Shown here: in pieces, positions 47,231 to 61,163 of the stretch
Layout: every line of letters starts with the position of its first letter
Numbering within the stretch: the stretch's first letter is position 1
NCBI GenBank assembly: GCA_964016885.1
Contig: OZ024741.1
Coordinates: 137,020,001-137,084,000, forward strand
Length of the DNA stretch: 64,000 nt
Direction: 5' to 3'
DNA from: Eledone cirrhosa
Taxonomy: Eukaryota
Notes under the pieces: model-generated
Seen by the model: only the letters and a program-made list of their open reading frames with translations
What the model was told of the DNA's origin: nothing
Database searches by the model: none
Program-made: the position numbers and the translations under genes

Positions 47231-48052
47231 ATTTTCAATCGTCCTTCACCACCATCCATCAGAACTTTCTACAATATTCCTGATGAAAAGTAATTTTAGG
47301 ATATTAATTAGGAAGAAAAGAAAAGTAGTGCTTTGAATACACTACATCTGAAGAATACTCACAGTTTATGAGATCCTTGCCTTGTATAGATATTTGACTT
47401 GAACTATTAAATTTTGACTTCAGCTCCTACAGTGATTTCTATACGCTTAGCTTGGAATTTAAGAGGTTGTAGGGTTTTAATAAAAACCTCATTATAGAAT
47501 CGTCCTTCACCACCATCCATCATGATTTGTAGTTCTAGTCCAAAACGTTTCATTTTTAAAGTATGCCATTGGCCATCATTTACATCAACATTATCCAGAC
47601 ATAAATGATGCAGAGATGAGGTATGTCCAAAGTTATAACCAAGACAGACTTTCTTATTCAAAATCTCAAGGTATATATATATATATATGTATACACACAG
47701 ACACAAATACAATGGCTAACTGGACATGCACATGTTTTCTCTCCTCCAAAACATTGTGCTGTTGCTTCCTCTTCTCACTCTCATCTATCTTTCTATTTCT
47801 TTTATTTCTCATGCTATTTTTTGATGAAGGACTAACGTCGGAAATGTTTAAACTCTTATCTTACTATATAAAGCACTAAGCTAATATATATCTTTGTTTA
47901 GCTATGTTGTTTAACCTTTTACTTTTCGCATATGTGTGTGTGTGTGGTTCTGTATCATCTCCTTTTTGAGGTCATTCTTTATATCATCATATATCATCAT
48001 ATATCATCATATATTATAAGCATTCTTAATTTTGGCTATCTATTTTGTGCAG

Positions 48053-48160
48053 GAGAAATACATGAAAGCTATTGACTGTTATAGCCAATGTATTCAGTTA
48101 TTCCCAGACAACGCTATTTCATTTAGAAACAGAGCTCTTTGTTATTTGAAATTAAATAAA
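48053..48160 (+). CDS. SPAG1: SPAG1 coding exon 15 (EKYMKAIDCYSQCIQLFPDNAISFRNRALCYLKLNK)
   Basis: gtgcag acceptor, gtaagt donor; TPR motif NRALCYLKL. Confidence 0.95.
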
Positions 48161-48456
48161 GTAAGTAAAGATACTATAAATATTTGAATTAACAAACCTA
48201 TTTTTAGTTATTTTGTGCTAAATCATTGTAAGTTGTTAAAAGTTATTTCAATTATTTTCAAAAATTAATTTCAATTATTTTCAAAAGTTATTTCAATTAT
48301 TTTCAAAAGTTATTTTCAAAAGTTATTTCACTTATTTTCAAAAATTAATTGAAACACATTGACAATGTGTTTCATAAGAAATATGGTAACAAAGTGGATA
48401 ACTGTCATGAATAATTGAATAATCAGTAATTAAACCAATTAATGTTTATTTTGTAG

Positions 48457-48546
48457 GCTTCTGAAGCTGTATCTGACTGTGATGAAAGTCTTAACTTGGA
48501 ACCTAACAACATCAAAACATTGTTCCGACGTGCACAGGCTAACAAG
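48457..48546 (+). CDS. SPAG1: SPAG1 coding exon 16 (ASEAVSDCDESLNLEPNNIKTLFRRAQANK)
   Basis: ttgtag acceptor, gtaaat donor; TPR consensus. Confidence 0.95.
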
Positions 48547-48589
48547 GTAAATTATTAATATACCTCCTAATCGGATTGAAGACATTTTA

Positions 48590-48992
48590 TTCTGGGGTAA
48601 TTACTAAGACAGTCCTATAGCAGATAACAGGCCAAACTGAAGCAACTACTGGGACAGTTCTATAGTTAAGAGGCCAAGCTGGGGCAATTACTGGGACAGT
48701 TCTATAGCTGACAACAGGCCAAGCTGGGGCAATTACTGGGACAGTTCTATAACAGACAACAGGCCAAGCTGGGGCAATTACTGGGATAGTTCTATAGCTG
48801 ACAACAGTCCAAGCTGGAATAACTGCTAAGTCAGTTCTATAGCAGACTAAAGGCCAAACTGGGGCATCTACTGGGACAGTTCTATAGCTAATAACAGGCC
48901 AAGCTGGAGTATATTCGACAACAGGCAGATGAGACAATTATAGGGTAACTACTGGGACAGTTCTATTGCTGGCAACAGGCTAAACTGGGGTG
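48590..48992. repeat. 45-bp minisatellite (~9 units) CTGGGACAGTTCTATAGCTGACAACAGGCCAAGCTGGGGCAATTA
   Basis: Direct repeats; 15-aa periodicity in ORF 48587..48937. Confidence 0.92.
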
Positions 48993-49712
48993 TCTACGTG
49001 TTATTTATTTGATGGGTTGGTTGACTACTAGCAAAACTGTTAAAATATAGGTTGCTCTACTCCCACTTTATTCCTGGCAAATTTCTACAGCTATATGCCC
49101 TTCTTGTCACCAGCCCATACTTTTCAGTTTGAAAAACATGAAATTTAAAGCTCACATCTATGCTGGTTTAGCAGGCCTCTTATGAGGGTATATCTCATAG
49201 GTAGTTTCTTGGCTGTTTTAATGATTGGGGTCCTAGTTCTACCATGAAAAGCAACGTGAAATGGAGTGTTTTGCTCAAGAACAAAATGTGTTGCCCGAGA
49301 ATCAAACCCACACTCTCATGATCATCAGACCAACACCCTGATAACTATGCCACATTCCTTCATAGTATGGTAAAAATTCACTGATGTAATAGTGTTTTGG
49401 ATGTGAAGATTTATATGTAAATGCATGCATACATACAAATGATAGGCTTTCACATAGTTTCTGTCCACCAAATTCATTGACATGGCATCATTCAGGTTTG
49501 AAACCATAGTGTAAGACATTCTCCACTAGTGTTCAATGGGTCAATTATATAAATTGCTATATTTTCTTTGCTTTGGTTCCATTTTATTTATGAACAACTT
49601 GATTTTATTTTGTATATTTATTCAAAACAAAAATTACTATTAACTTTTTTCAGACGTTTGTGTTGTATATTTGTTATATCAAAGTTGTTTTATTTGAAAT
49701 CATATTTTGTAG

Positions 49713-49826
49713 CTGTTAAAAAATTATCGGGCGAGTATTAGTGACTTGAAAAATCTTCTTAACTTGGATCCAGAAAACACTACTGCTAAAAAGGAATTAG
49801 AAATCGGAAAGAATCTTTGGAGACAG
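49713..49826 (+). CDS. SPAG1: SPAG1 coding exon 17 (LLKNYRASISDLKNLLNLDPENTTAKKELEIGKNLWRQ)
   Basis: ttgtag acceptor, gtacaa donor; end of TPR cluster 3. Confidence 0.93.
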
Positions 49827-50684
49827 GTACAACTTGCTTTTTGTATCATTTTTGTTTTTAATCCTTTTCTTGCTATCTTAAAATGGAATTCATTGCTTGT
49901 ATGCTCTAATTAATTTTGTAAATAAAAAACAAATTAGAAAAATATAGCAAAATAATTAACATTTTCAATTACCATACTTCTGATGATAAACATTGCCCAT
50001 AATTTTGAAAATTATCAAGAATTTGGAGGGACTTTAGCAATATAACTAACTTTCTCATTAATAAGCTGGTTGTTGGAACATAGCCCAACAAAGGTATTTA
50101 CATAAAAGTTTGATGGGTAGTTTTTAGGGTAAATATAAACAATTTAAATTAAATAGTTTTAAATTGTAGGCAAAATAGTGGTTTGGTATCAAAAACATAT
50201 CGAAACAAAAGGTTCTTGCATAGCATTATGATGGAAGGTTTTAATATAAATATAGTAACATTAAAACTGGTAATTTTAAATGATAATTAGGAGTAGTTTT
50301 AGTTAACGATGCTGTCATTTCTTATTTGTCCCCATTAATTATTTTACTGAACTTCTGAAGGCGGTGAATTGGCAGAAGTGTTAGAGAATCAGACAAAATA
50401 CCTTGTGGTGTTTATTCTGGCTCCTTGCATTTTGAGTTCTAATCCAGCTGAGGTTAATTTTGACTTTTGTGAACCCCATGTTTGGAATGATGGAAGGATG
50501 AAAGACAAATTTGCTCTATACATGGTTTTATTCTCCATTGTAGTCAGGCATGACTGTAGGGTTAAGGAGTTCACATCGCAATCACGTGGTTTGAGATTCA
50601 GTCCCAGTATATAAATGCTTGATCAATTGGAGAAATCTGGTTGATGGAAACTGAAGAAGTCTGTGATATATATATATATGTATG

Positions 50685-50716
<32 letters not shown>

Positions 50717-50717
<1 letters not shown>

Positions 50718-51089
50718 CATCATTTTACGTCCGCTTTTCCCTGCTTGCAAGAGTGGGACGGGAACTGATTCTGGCTTTATTTCTACAGCTGGATGCCCTT
50801 CCTAACACCAACCTCATTTACAGTGAGTGCTGGGTGCTTTTTTTCCGTGGCGCCTACACGTCCACTTTACAATGTGGGCTGGGTGCTTTTTTGCTGTGGC
50901 ACCTCCACGACCACTTTGCAATGGAATGATAGGGACCCCAGTCCTATCATCTCATTTCTACAGCTGAGTAAACTGGAGCAATGTGAAATAAAGTGGCTTG
51001 CTCAAGGAAACAACACATCACCCGGTCTGAGAATTGATCTCACAACCTTTCGATTGCAAGGCCAACGCCCTAACCACTAAGCCATGTGC

Positions 51090-51091
<2 letters not shown>
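50717..51091 (-). mobile_element. tRNA-headed SINE family 2
   Basis: Near-identical to 39298..39648 and 32961..33273; flanked by (TA)n. Confidence 0.9.
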
Positions 51092-51122
<31 letters not shown>

Positions 51123-51138
51123 CGTGTGCGTGTATGTG

Positions 51139-51188
<50 letters not shown>

Positions 51189-51624
51189 ATGAGTACCTAG
51201 TCCAAGCTGTCAGTTTGTCATTTTGGTGCCACAATAAAAAGCCCCCAGTCCACTGTAAATGTGGTTAGCATTAGGAAGACCATCCAGCCATAGAAACAAA
51301 GCCAGAAACAGTTCTGTATGAACAAGACACAGTCACCTGATCTGACTTGTCTCACAACGGGACAACTTGTCTAACCCATGCTAGCATGGAAAATGGATGC
51401 TAAATGATGATATATATGTGTGGTGTGAGTGTATGTGTTCTTGTGTCTGTTTGTGTTCTGTAACTTAGCAGTTTGACAAAAAGCAATTGATAAAATAAGT
51501 ACCAGACTTGAAAATATCAGTACTAAGTTAATATGATTGACTGAAATCTCTTTCATGGGGTGCCCCAGTATGGTCACAGTCGAATGAATGAAATCAATAA
51601 ATGAGTGAATGAGTATGTCTTTGC

Positions 51625-52933
51625 TGTTCACCACATTGTCACATTACTGTTCATCACATTGTCACATGACTTACTGTTCACTACATTCACATGTCTGTTC
51701 ACTACATTATCACGTCTGTCCCCTATATTGTCACATGACTACTGTTCACTACATTATCACGTCTCCCCTACATTGTCACATGACTACTGTTCACTACATT
51801 ATCACGTCTCCCCTACATTGTCACATGACTACTGTTCACTACATTATCACGTCTCCCCTACATTGTCACATGACTACTGTTCACTACATTATCACGTCTG
51901 TCCCCTACATTGTCACATGACTACTGTTCACTACATTATCACGTCTGTCCACTACATTGTCACATGACTACTGTTCACCACATTATCACGTCTGTCCACT
52001 ACATTGTCACATGACTACTGTTCACTACATTATCACGTCTGTCCCCTACATTGTCACATGACTACTGTTCACTACATTATCACGTCTGTCCCCTACATTG
52101 TCACATGACTACTGTTCACTACATTATCACGTCTGTCCACTACATTGTCACATGACTACTGTTCACTACATTATCACGTCTGTCCACTACATTGTCACAT
52201 GACTACTGTTCACTACATTATCACGTCTGTCCACTACATTGTCACATGACTACTGTTCACTACATTATCACGTCTGTCCCCTACATCGTCACATGACTAC
52301 TGTTCACTACATTATCACGTCTGTCCCCTACATTGTCACATGACTACTGTTCACTACATTATCACGTCTGTCCACTACATTGTCACATGACTACTGTTCA
52401 CTACATTATCACGTCTGTCCACTACATTGTCACATGACTACTGTTCACTACATTATCACGTCTGTCCACTACATTATCACGTCTGTCCACTACATTGTCA
52501 CATGACTACTGTTCACCACATTGTCACATGACTGTAACGTTCACTACTTTATCACATGTCTGTTCACTATATTGCCATACGACTACTGTTCACTACATTG
52601 TCACATGTGTGTTCACCACATTGACACATGACTGTTACTGTTCACCACATGTCACTTCACATTGTCACATGACTACTGTTTACCACATTGTCACATGTCT
52701 GTTCACCACATTGACACATGACTGTTACTGTTCTCCACATGTTACTTCACATTGTCACATGACTACTGTTCACCACATTGACACATGACTGTTCACCACA
52801 TTGATACATGACTGCACTGTTCACCACATTGTCACATGACTGTTCACCACATTGTCACATGACTGTTCACCACATTGTCACATGACTGTTCACCACATTG
52901 TCACATGTCCGATCACCACATTGACACATGACT
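51625..52933. repeat. 1.3-kb minisatellite, 45/47-bp unit built from ~23-bp subunits (ACTGTTCAC.ACATTGTCACATG)
   Basis: Homogeneous 47-bp units in the centre, monomeric subunits at the edges. Confidence 0.95.
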
Positions 52934-52952
52934 CTGTTATTGCATTTTCCAG

Positions 52953-53181
52953 GAGTTGAATGCCATGAAAGCCAATATGGATGATAACAAAACTGCCAAG
53001 AACTGTAACAAATGCAGCCAAGAATCTCGACCAACTACGACCAGTCCTGGCAGTGGTAGTAACAAGAAGAATGCTAAACAAAGAACTAGACTCCATGTTC
53101 ATGATGTTGAAGACAATAGTTCACAGAAATCTACTTCAAAGTTACATGGCAAACATCATAAAAACTCTAAGAAATCTGAAG
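52953..53181 (+). CDS. SPAG1: SPAG1 coding exon 18 (low-complexity linker ELNAMKANMDD...KNSKKSE)
   Basis: ttccag acceptor, gtaatt donor; phase 0/1 bridges exons 17 and 19. Confidence 0.85.
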
Positions 53182-53194
53182 GTAATTCCATTGA

Positions 53195-53820
53195 AATACA
53201 TCTCGTCTGAGGTTCAGTATTCTGAGATCACTTTTCACCATTTCTGCTCAGTTCTTCCCTGGTCTTCCTCTTCTGCAGCTTTCTTTCCACTTGGAACTCC
53301 TGGTATTTTTCACCCAACAGTTATCATCCATCCACATCAAATGTCCATACCAGTGCAATCTTCATTCTTGCATACTGTATCTGATTCTTCTTATCCGAGT
53401 GTCTCTTTAATTTATCTGTGCTTTGTTGTTCATGCACACTAACATTAGACATCCAGCAGAGCATGTTGGCAGCTGTCACCACTTCTGACCAGATTTTCCT
53501 CTATCTTCTGCTTTTGCAGTTTCCTTTCACTTGGCACTCCTGGGATTTTTCATCCAACAATCATCATCCATACACATCATAGCACAGTCTTTTCTTATCC
53601 ACACTGCATCGTATTCCTCTTATGCCCAGTTTTTCCGTCTATGCTTTGTTGTTCATGTACATTAACATTATACATTCAGTGAAACATACCTGCCTCATTT
53701 CTTCCTAATAGTTGTACACACTCTACATTCAACACCCATGATCCACTGCCTTGCAACATTGCACTTTGTACATAGGCATCATACAATCTACCTTTCACTT
53801 GGAGAGAGAATCCCATTCTT
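53195..53820 (-). mobile_element. Two adjacent decayed RTE C-terminal fragments
   Basis: Reverse-complement similarity to the RRLRWYGH, GRPRKTW and GRLYDAC regions of the RTE ORFs. Confidence 0.7.
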
Positions 53821-54345
53821 TAAGTTTCTTTTATAAATTTTAATTGCTAGTTGTTCATCACCAACACCACACTCTATTTCCTCTCTTTTGGAAAAGAGAT
53901 CCTAAACTCAAAATATAAAATATAACATAAGAATGTAAACTGTTAGTCTGTTTTGTTTTTCTTTCTTTAATATACTTTGTATTTCACTCCTCTATTTCTA
54001 ATTTGCACTGTACTGGCTTTTCCAAAACAGCTGAGTTGGAATGGTTGATGTAGCAGATGTTACTGACTGTTCTCTGAAGCAATGCTTTCACCATCTTGTC
54101 TGCTGTATGCAGCTAAGATGTACTGCCCAGCCAAGGGTGTAATTTACCCCTCCCTTCCCTTTATTTTTTTCTCTCTTCCTGTTTATTATTTTAATTCTTA
54201 ACAAAAAAATATTTCCATTACTGTATAATTTTGTTCTCGTAATATATTACGAGATTCTAGCATTTTATTGTTTCATCGTATCCACATATCTCACAATGCT
54301 TCATATAAACTACACTGCTTTTATTTTATTATTTTCACTGTTTAG

Positions 54346-54567
54346 GTAAAGTTTCTGAAGCTTCACAGTCTACTGGTGCTAACAGTTCTACTAAAATTAA
54401 CAGAACTAGCCCTGAAGTTGTTGGACCCACTCCAGTTTCTGCTCCACACATAGATAAAGCTACTCCTTATGAATTCCTGAAAGCTTGGAATTCCTTAAAG
54501 ACATTAAACAATGCCAAACCATATGCAGATTTATTGGCACAAATAAATCCTAAAGATTTACCAATGG
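54346..54567 (+). CDS. SPAG1: SPAG1 coding exon 19 (...KATPYEFLKAWNSLK...YADLLAQINPKDLPM)
   Basis: tttag acceptor, gtatgt donor; start of the RPAP3-like C-terminal domain. Confidence 0.92.
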
Positions 54568-55379
54568 GTATGTATTTGTTTACATTTTCACTTGATTCTT
54601 ACCTTTGATCTCCATAATATATTTTAGATTTGAGTGTGAGTCTTGTTTGGCAAAATTTTGCAAAAGTGAAAATTACATGGTGTGTGTCTTTTTTTATTGG
54701 CAATACTGGCAACATAACCATCCCCAAGTATAATATTATCGGTTTCAACACACAATTTTACATCAAGAATTTTGTAAAACAAATACATAAATGTAGCATC
54801 ATAACCCTCTGCCAGTCTTGTAAGACGCCAAAAAGCGGCATATTCTGTTGTATAAGAAAAACAATGACAGCCAAACAACGTCACCTCATAATGAAATGTG
54901 CCTCCTCCAACAAGTTTAACTAAGACTTCTACACTTAGTGAGTTATCTAAAAACTAATGGACACATGCAGTTAATTATGATGGCAATAACATTGAATGTT
55001 ATAGAGTCCAGGATTACAGGATGTATGAACAATTATATATTTTGGATATATAATCATATATCTCGGATATAATTACATAAATATTCAGCTTGTATGTACA
55101 AATGACATACAGGATTAAATGTATGAGTAACTTAGAAGAAATAACTATTTACAGGGATAAATATATGGTTAAAACACAGTAACTTGTGATTGGAAAATGA
55201 ACTTCTTACTGTAGCAACAGGAAATAGGAAACACATTGTACATATGTTTGTGTGTGTGTAAATATTAAGGTTACAGACAGATATATATATAAATAAATAA
55301 ACATGGCATATTACTATGGTTGATTAGGTTCATGCCAAAAAGTGTCAAAATGATCCTTCAGCTATTTCAAGGTCATGGC

Positions 55380-56050
55380 AACATTTCTAGTGCTCGTGTC
55401 ACAATAATACACACTCAGTACATGTTGTAAAGTGGTTGGTGACACGAAGAACATCCAGCAGTAGAAAATATTCTGAATAAAGTTTGAAAGGACTCTTCAG
55501 TTGTTTCAAAGACATGACTCCACTCTAGTACTAGTACCATGATAAAATGCACCTAGTATACTCTGTAAAGTGGTTGGTGATAGGAAGGGCATCAAGCTCT
55601 AGAAAATATGCTGAACTAAGGGCTGAGTGGACTCTTCACTTGTGTCAATGAAATGACAGCCTCCCAAGTATTGATGCCATAAAGTGTTTGGTGATAGAAA
55701 TGGCACCACACTCTAGAAAATATGCTGAACTGAGGGTTGAGAGGATTTTTTGGTTTCATCAAGGACATGATGACCTCACTAGTATTGGTGCGATGATAAA
55801 ATGCATCCAGTACATCCTGTAAAGTGATTGATATTAGGAAAGCCATCCCAAATAAGGGTTTGGAGGACTCTGATGTCATGTCAAGGTCATGGCAACCTTC
55901 CTAGGGCTGGTGCCATGATAACATGCACCAAAGATATTCTAGCATTCAATTGTAGAAACTACCAGGACAGTCGCTCCATTAAATATTAGTGTAATGATCT
56001 GGCCACCCATGTTCAGCTTGGAAAATTAGATGTAATGATGATAATGATGA
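55380..56050 (+). repeat. Higher-order tandem of module plus AGGAAG hairpin units
   Basis: CTAGT.CT.GT.CCATGATAAAATGCA..TGTAAAGTG.TTG..AGGAA repeated about 4 times at ~120-130 bp, ending in a GAT tail. Confidence 0.6.
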
Positions 56051-56150
56051 TGATCGCACAGGCCTAATTAGTAGCCAACAATTTGTAACCTTTCCTAACT
56101 GATGGTCCCCCCACCAGAATAATCAACACTATAATTGGTTTTCTTTTCAG

Positions 56151-56225
56151 TAATTAGCAACAAATTAGATGCTTCCATGTTAAACTTGATAATCCAATGT
56201 GTGTCAGAGCATTATGCTGATAAAG
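56151..56225 (+). CDS. SPAG1: SPAG1 coding exon 20 (VISNKLDASMLNLIIQCVSEHYADK)
   Basis: tttcag acceptor, gtaagt donor; SNKL motif of the C-terminal domain. Confidence 0.92.
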
Positions 56226-56247
56226 GTAAGTATTCTTTTCACGTCTT

Positions 56248-56288
<41 letters not shown>

Positions 56289-56566
56289 TATTATCATGAT
56301 ATATATATTATGTTGGTACCACAAAACATCGAGCCCACACTGTAAAGTGGTCGTGTAAAAGACACAGCAAAAAGCACCCAGCACACACTGTAAATGTGGT
56401 TGGTGTTAGGAATGGGCATCTAGCCGTAGAAAACCAGAAACACTCCAATATGAGCGAGACATGGTCACCCAACCCAACTTGCCTCTAAATGGGACAGACC
56501 TGTCTAACCCATGCTAGAGTGGAAGATAGACTTTAATCAATGATGATGATCCTTCATTCATTTCTT

Positions 56567-56603
<37 letters not shown>

Positions 56604-56649
56604 CCACTTCTTTCTCTCTCTCTCTCTCTATATATATATATACATATAT

Positions 56650-59600
56650 TCAAATATATTTGTTATTATTTCGAGGACCGTATTTCAAACTCTTAATTCC
56701 CGCTCCTTAATATCTTCTCCCCCTCCACCACTTCATGAGTGTTCGCGGTCAGCCACCCCACTCTACATCATGTGCCCCCCCCCCCCCCCCCCCTTCTCTC
56801 TCTCTATCTATATATATAAGATAACCCCCACAAGTAATTCACATTCGCCAAATTCGTGGCTGTTTTTCCTTCACGGTATAATGTAATGTACACATTTTTC
56901 TCGCCTTTCTACAATCCGCTTAATTTCATAGTCCTTCCAATCCGACAATTCGATAGCACTTTCTATCCTCAGATCCCAATTCTTGCTTCACTACTCGCTA
57001 TTCTATCCTATTTCCAAAACAAATCCCCCTGTATTCTGTATTTTCTCGTATTTTCCAAAACAAATCTTGTATTTTTTGTTATCGCTTGTTAAATACGAGG
57101 ATCTTACTTAAACCTATTCTCTCATATAATATTTTTAAATATATTTGTTATTATTTCGAGGACCGTATTTCAAACTCTTAATTCCCGCTCCTTAATATCT
57201 TCTCCTCCTCCACCACTTCATGAGTGTTCGCGGTCAGCCACCCCACTCTACATCGTGCGGCCAAACTCCCCTCCCCCCTTCTCTCTCTCTATCTATATAT
57301 ATAAGATAACCCCCACAAGTAATTCACATTCGCCAATAAACAAATCTTGTATTTTTGTTATCGCTTGTTAAATACGAGGATCTTACTTAAACCTATTCTT
57401 CTCGCTAACAACTCAACACCCCTCCCGCCCGCCCCCACGCACCACCATTATTATTACGTGGCCCAATCATAAGCCAGAGGCCTATACTATCGCTTACCTG
57501 GTCGCCTTCGATATGACGGATGGATGGACTACGGAATTCTGGAGAGTTGAAGAGAGAAAAATCTGGACGCTCAGCGACAATGCCAAAGATGAAGACAAAT
57601 TCACCTCGTGGACGAGAATGCGAGCATTCCTCTTTGTTTCGGCCGCGGATGGCTAACATAACCCCATCTCCCCCCGCTCCCCACCGCTCCCACCCTCCAA
57701 ACGCAATCCAAAACTTCAGAGTTGGTACCATGAATGTAGGCACCTTAAAGGGTCGCTCTAAAGAGGTAGAAATGCTTGAACGTAAGGAGGTCGATGTTTG
57801 TTGTATTCAAGAGACCAGGTGGAGGGGTGGGTCTGCTAGATTCATTGTGGGTAAAAAACGATGCTATAAGCTTTTCTGGGTGGGAAATGACAATGGGGTG
57901 GGTGGAGTAGGAATCATGGTAGCAGAAAAGTGGGCAGATAAGATAATAGACGTAAATAGAGTAAACGACAGAATAATTAAAATAAGACTTGTCCTCAGTA
58001 GAACTACGGTGACAGTAATATCTGCGTACGCACCCCAATCTGGACTGCCCGGCACTATAAAAGACAGATTCTATGAGACACTGATGCTCACTACCTCCCA
58101 AATAACCGACAGTGACTATATAATTATTGCAGGCGACCTAAATGGTCACGTTGGACAACATTGTGACGGCTACGACGAAATCCATGGAAGCTATGGGTTT
58201 GGTACTAGAAATGAGGAAGGCTCCAGAATCCTGGAATGCTGTGACGCAAATAACCTAACTATCTGTAACACTAACTTCAAAAAACGTGACAATCACCTGA
58301 TCACCTATAGATCAGAGGAACACACAAGCCAGGTAGATTATATCCTTACCAGAAGACGTGACAGAGTGTCTTTTGTAAACACTAAATCCCTCCCCCATGA
58401 AGAATGCACCTCCCAACATAGACTGATAATTAGCGACCTAATAGTCAGGACGAGATGTACTAGACAACAGAAGAGGACTATCCTCAGGAGAAAAATATGG
58501 AAGCTAAAGGACCCCACAGCCAGAAATAAATTCAAAAGTATACTACTTGATGCTTTCGACAGTAAGGAAGAGCAATTAGAGTCGTACAATATAGAGGAGC
58601 AGTGGGAATTCCTGAAAACAAACCTGCTGATGGCGGCAGACGAAGTCTTTGGCTGGAGCAGGCCTGTAGGCAGGAGGAGAGTAACATGGTGGTGGAACAG
58701 TAAGGTGGAGGGGTCAATTAAGGCCAAAAAGCAGGCTTGGAAAGTATGGCGGGATGGGGGAAGCAGAGAAGACTATCAAGTGGCCAGGAGGGAAGCTAGG
58801 AGACAAGTGTACTTCGCAAGAAGGGAAGCAGATGAAAGAAAGTTCAAGCATGTTCTACAACGCGAGGACCAAAAACGTGAGGTGTTCAGGATTGCTAGGC
58901 AATGTGTCAAGGAAAACCGTGATATTGTCGGGGAGAAGTGTGTACTTAATGACGGCGTACTTGCCATCACCGATGCTGATAAGAAGGTAGCTCGGAAGTG
59001 TCACTATGAAAGGCTACTAAATGAGGAGAATAAATGGGAGAAAGACAGTCTCCCCCACATCGACCCAATAGAGGGACCAGCAGTGTTAGTCGAGGGTAGT
59101 ATAATAAGTAAGGCAATCAAAGATATGAAGACAGGTAAGGCGGCTGGGCCTTCGGAAATAGTTGCCGAGATGCTGAAGGCATCTGGTACGGTGGGACACA
59201 CCATGGTCACCCGGATAGTTAACCAAGTCGTACAGAATGGGGTTGTTCCGAAGGACTGGCGTAGCAGCATCATCGTTAACTGTTATAAGGGTAAAGGAGA
59301 TGCCCTAGATAGGAGTAACTATAGAGGCATTAATCGACCAGGTCATGAAGGTCACGGAAAAATTAATAGCGCAACTAATCAGAGAGAATTGATCTAGATG
59401 AAATGCAGTTCGGGTTTGTGTCAGGCAAAAGTACCACAGACGCTCTTTTCATTGTACGACAACTACAGGAGAAGTACCTAGCTAAAAGTAAACCCCTATA
59501 CTTAGCTTTTGTTGACTTGGAGAAAGCCTTCGACAGAGTCCCCCGTAACCCCTATACTTAGCTTTTGTTGACTTGGAGAAAGCCTTCGACAGAGTCCCCC

Positions 59601-61163
59601 GTTCCATTATCTGGTGGGCTCTTAGAAAACTAGGTGTTGACGAATGGCTTGTGAGAGCCATACAAGCCATGTATAAAGAAACAGTCAGCAAGGTTAGAAT
59701 TAACAACGAATATAGTGAAGAGTTTAGCGTAAAAGTTGGCGTCCATCAGGGCTCTGTTCTCAGCCCCCTACTATTTATTATTGCCCTTCAGGCTATAACA
59801 GAGGAGTTTAAGACCGGTTGCCCATGGGAACTCCTATACGCAGATGACCTAACACTCATAGCTGAATCAATGGCCGAGCTAGAGAAGAAATTCCAAACAT
59901 GGAAGCACGGGCTAGAATCGAAAGGCCTTAAAATTAACCTGGCTAAGACTAAAGTTCTAGTTTGTAAGAAAGAAAATAAGGCGGCGGTCCCTTCCGGGAA
60001 GTGGCCATGCTCAGTGTGTAGGAAAGGCGTAGGTAGAAACTCCATTTTGTGTCCCAAATGCAAAGTATGGGTGCATAAAAGATGTAGTGGGATCACAGGT
60101 AAGCTAACTAAGAACATAGATTTTACATGTGGACGGTGCTCTGGTGCAATAAGTAGCAGCAAGTGCCCACAAAATACTAGCTCTTTCAACTGCGCAGAGG
60201 GTTCTATAGAAATAGTGGACAGCTTCCGTTACCTGGGTGACAAAATCAGCAGTGGGGGAGGGTGCTCTGAAAGTACAGTAGCTAGAGTCAGAACTGGATG
60301 GAAAAAGTTCAGAGAGCTTATACCACTATTAGTCGCTAAAGGGTTCTCCCTAAAAATGAAAGGCAGGTTGTACGATGCCTGCATACGAACAGCAATGTTG
60401 CATGGCAGTGAGACCTGGGTATTGTGTGCAGAGGATATACGCAGACTAGAGAGAAACGAAGCTTGCATGCTCCGCTGGATGTGTAATAGCAATATACGTG
60501 AACGGCAAAGCATAAACGAACTAAGGAAAAAATTAGAAATAAGAGGGATCAGATGTTGTTTACTCGAGAGAAGGCTACGTTGGTATGGTCACGCGATGCG
60601 CATGAAGGACGATAGCTGTATAACAAAGTGCAGGGCAATAAAGATAGACGGTAGCCACGGAATAGGCAGACCCAGAAAAACCTGGGACGAGCTGATAAAT
60701 TCCGACCTCACACACTTACACCTCACCAAGACAATGTCACTGGACCGAGACCTTTGGCGGTACTCAGTAATAGAGAAGACCCGCCTTACCTAAATACAAA
60801 GTAAAACCTACTATAGTCAGTAGGCATCTCTAACAAAATACACCCCCGCCCCATCCACACCGCCCCTTTCAATGTAAAGTTATGTTGGTACCACAACATC
60901 CAGGCCGAAACAAATGAGATCGTGTAGTGTCACGTCAAAAAACACAGTTCACGCTGTAATGTGGCCGTGTAGGCAACACAGTAAAAACCTCCCAGCCCCA
61001 CACTGTAAATGTGGTTGGTGTTAGGAAGGGCATCCAGCTGTAGAAAACCCGCCAGACAGTCCTATGCGAGCAAGATAATCACTCTTGCCTCAAGTGGGAA
61101 AACCCCCATCCAAACCCATGCAAGCGTGGAACACGGACGTTAAACGTTGATGATGATGATGAT
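56650..61163 (+). mobile_element. RTE-clade LINE, family A, full length, frameshifted
   Basis: ORFs 57520..59397 (APE) and 59573..60793 (RT plus PHD); small deletions near 59330-59390 and a 56-bp tandem duplication at 59491-59602; 3' UTR and (GAT)n tail; 5' boundary approximate. Confidence 0.94.

Noticed and set aside
51605-52788. His/Cys-rich repetitive ORFs resembling metal-binding proteins
   Set aside because: Products of the 45/47-bp minisatellite; the 47-bp units shift frame
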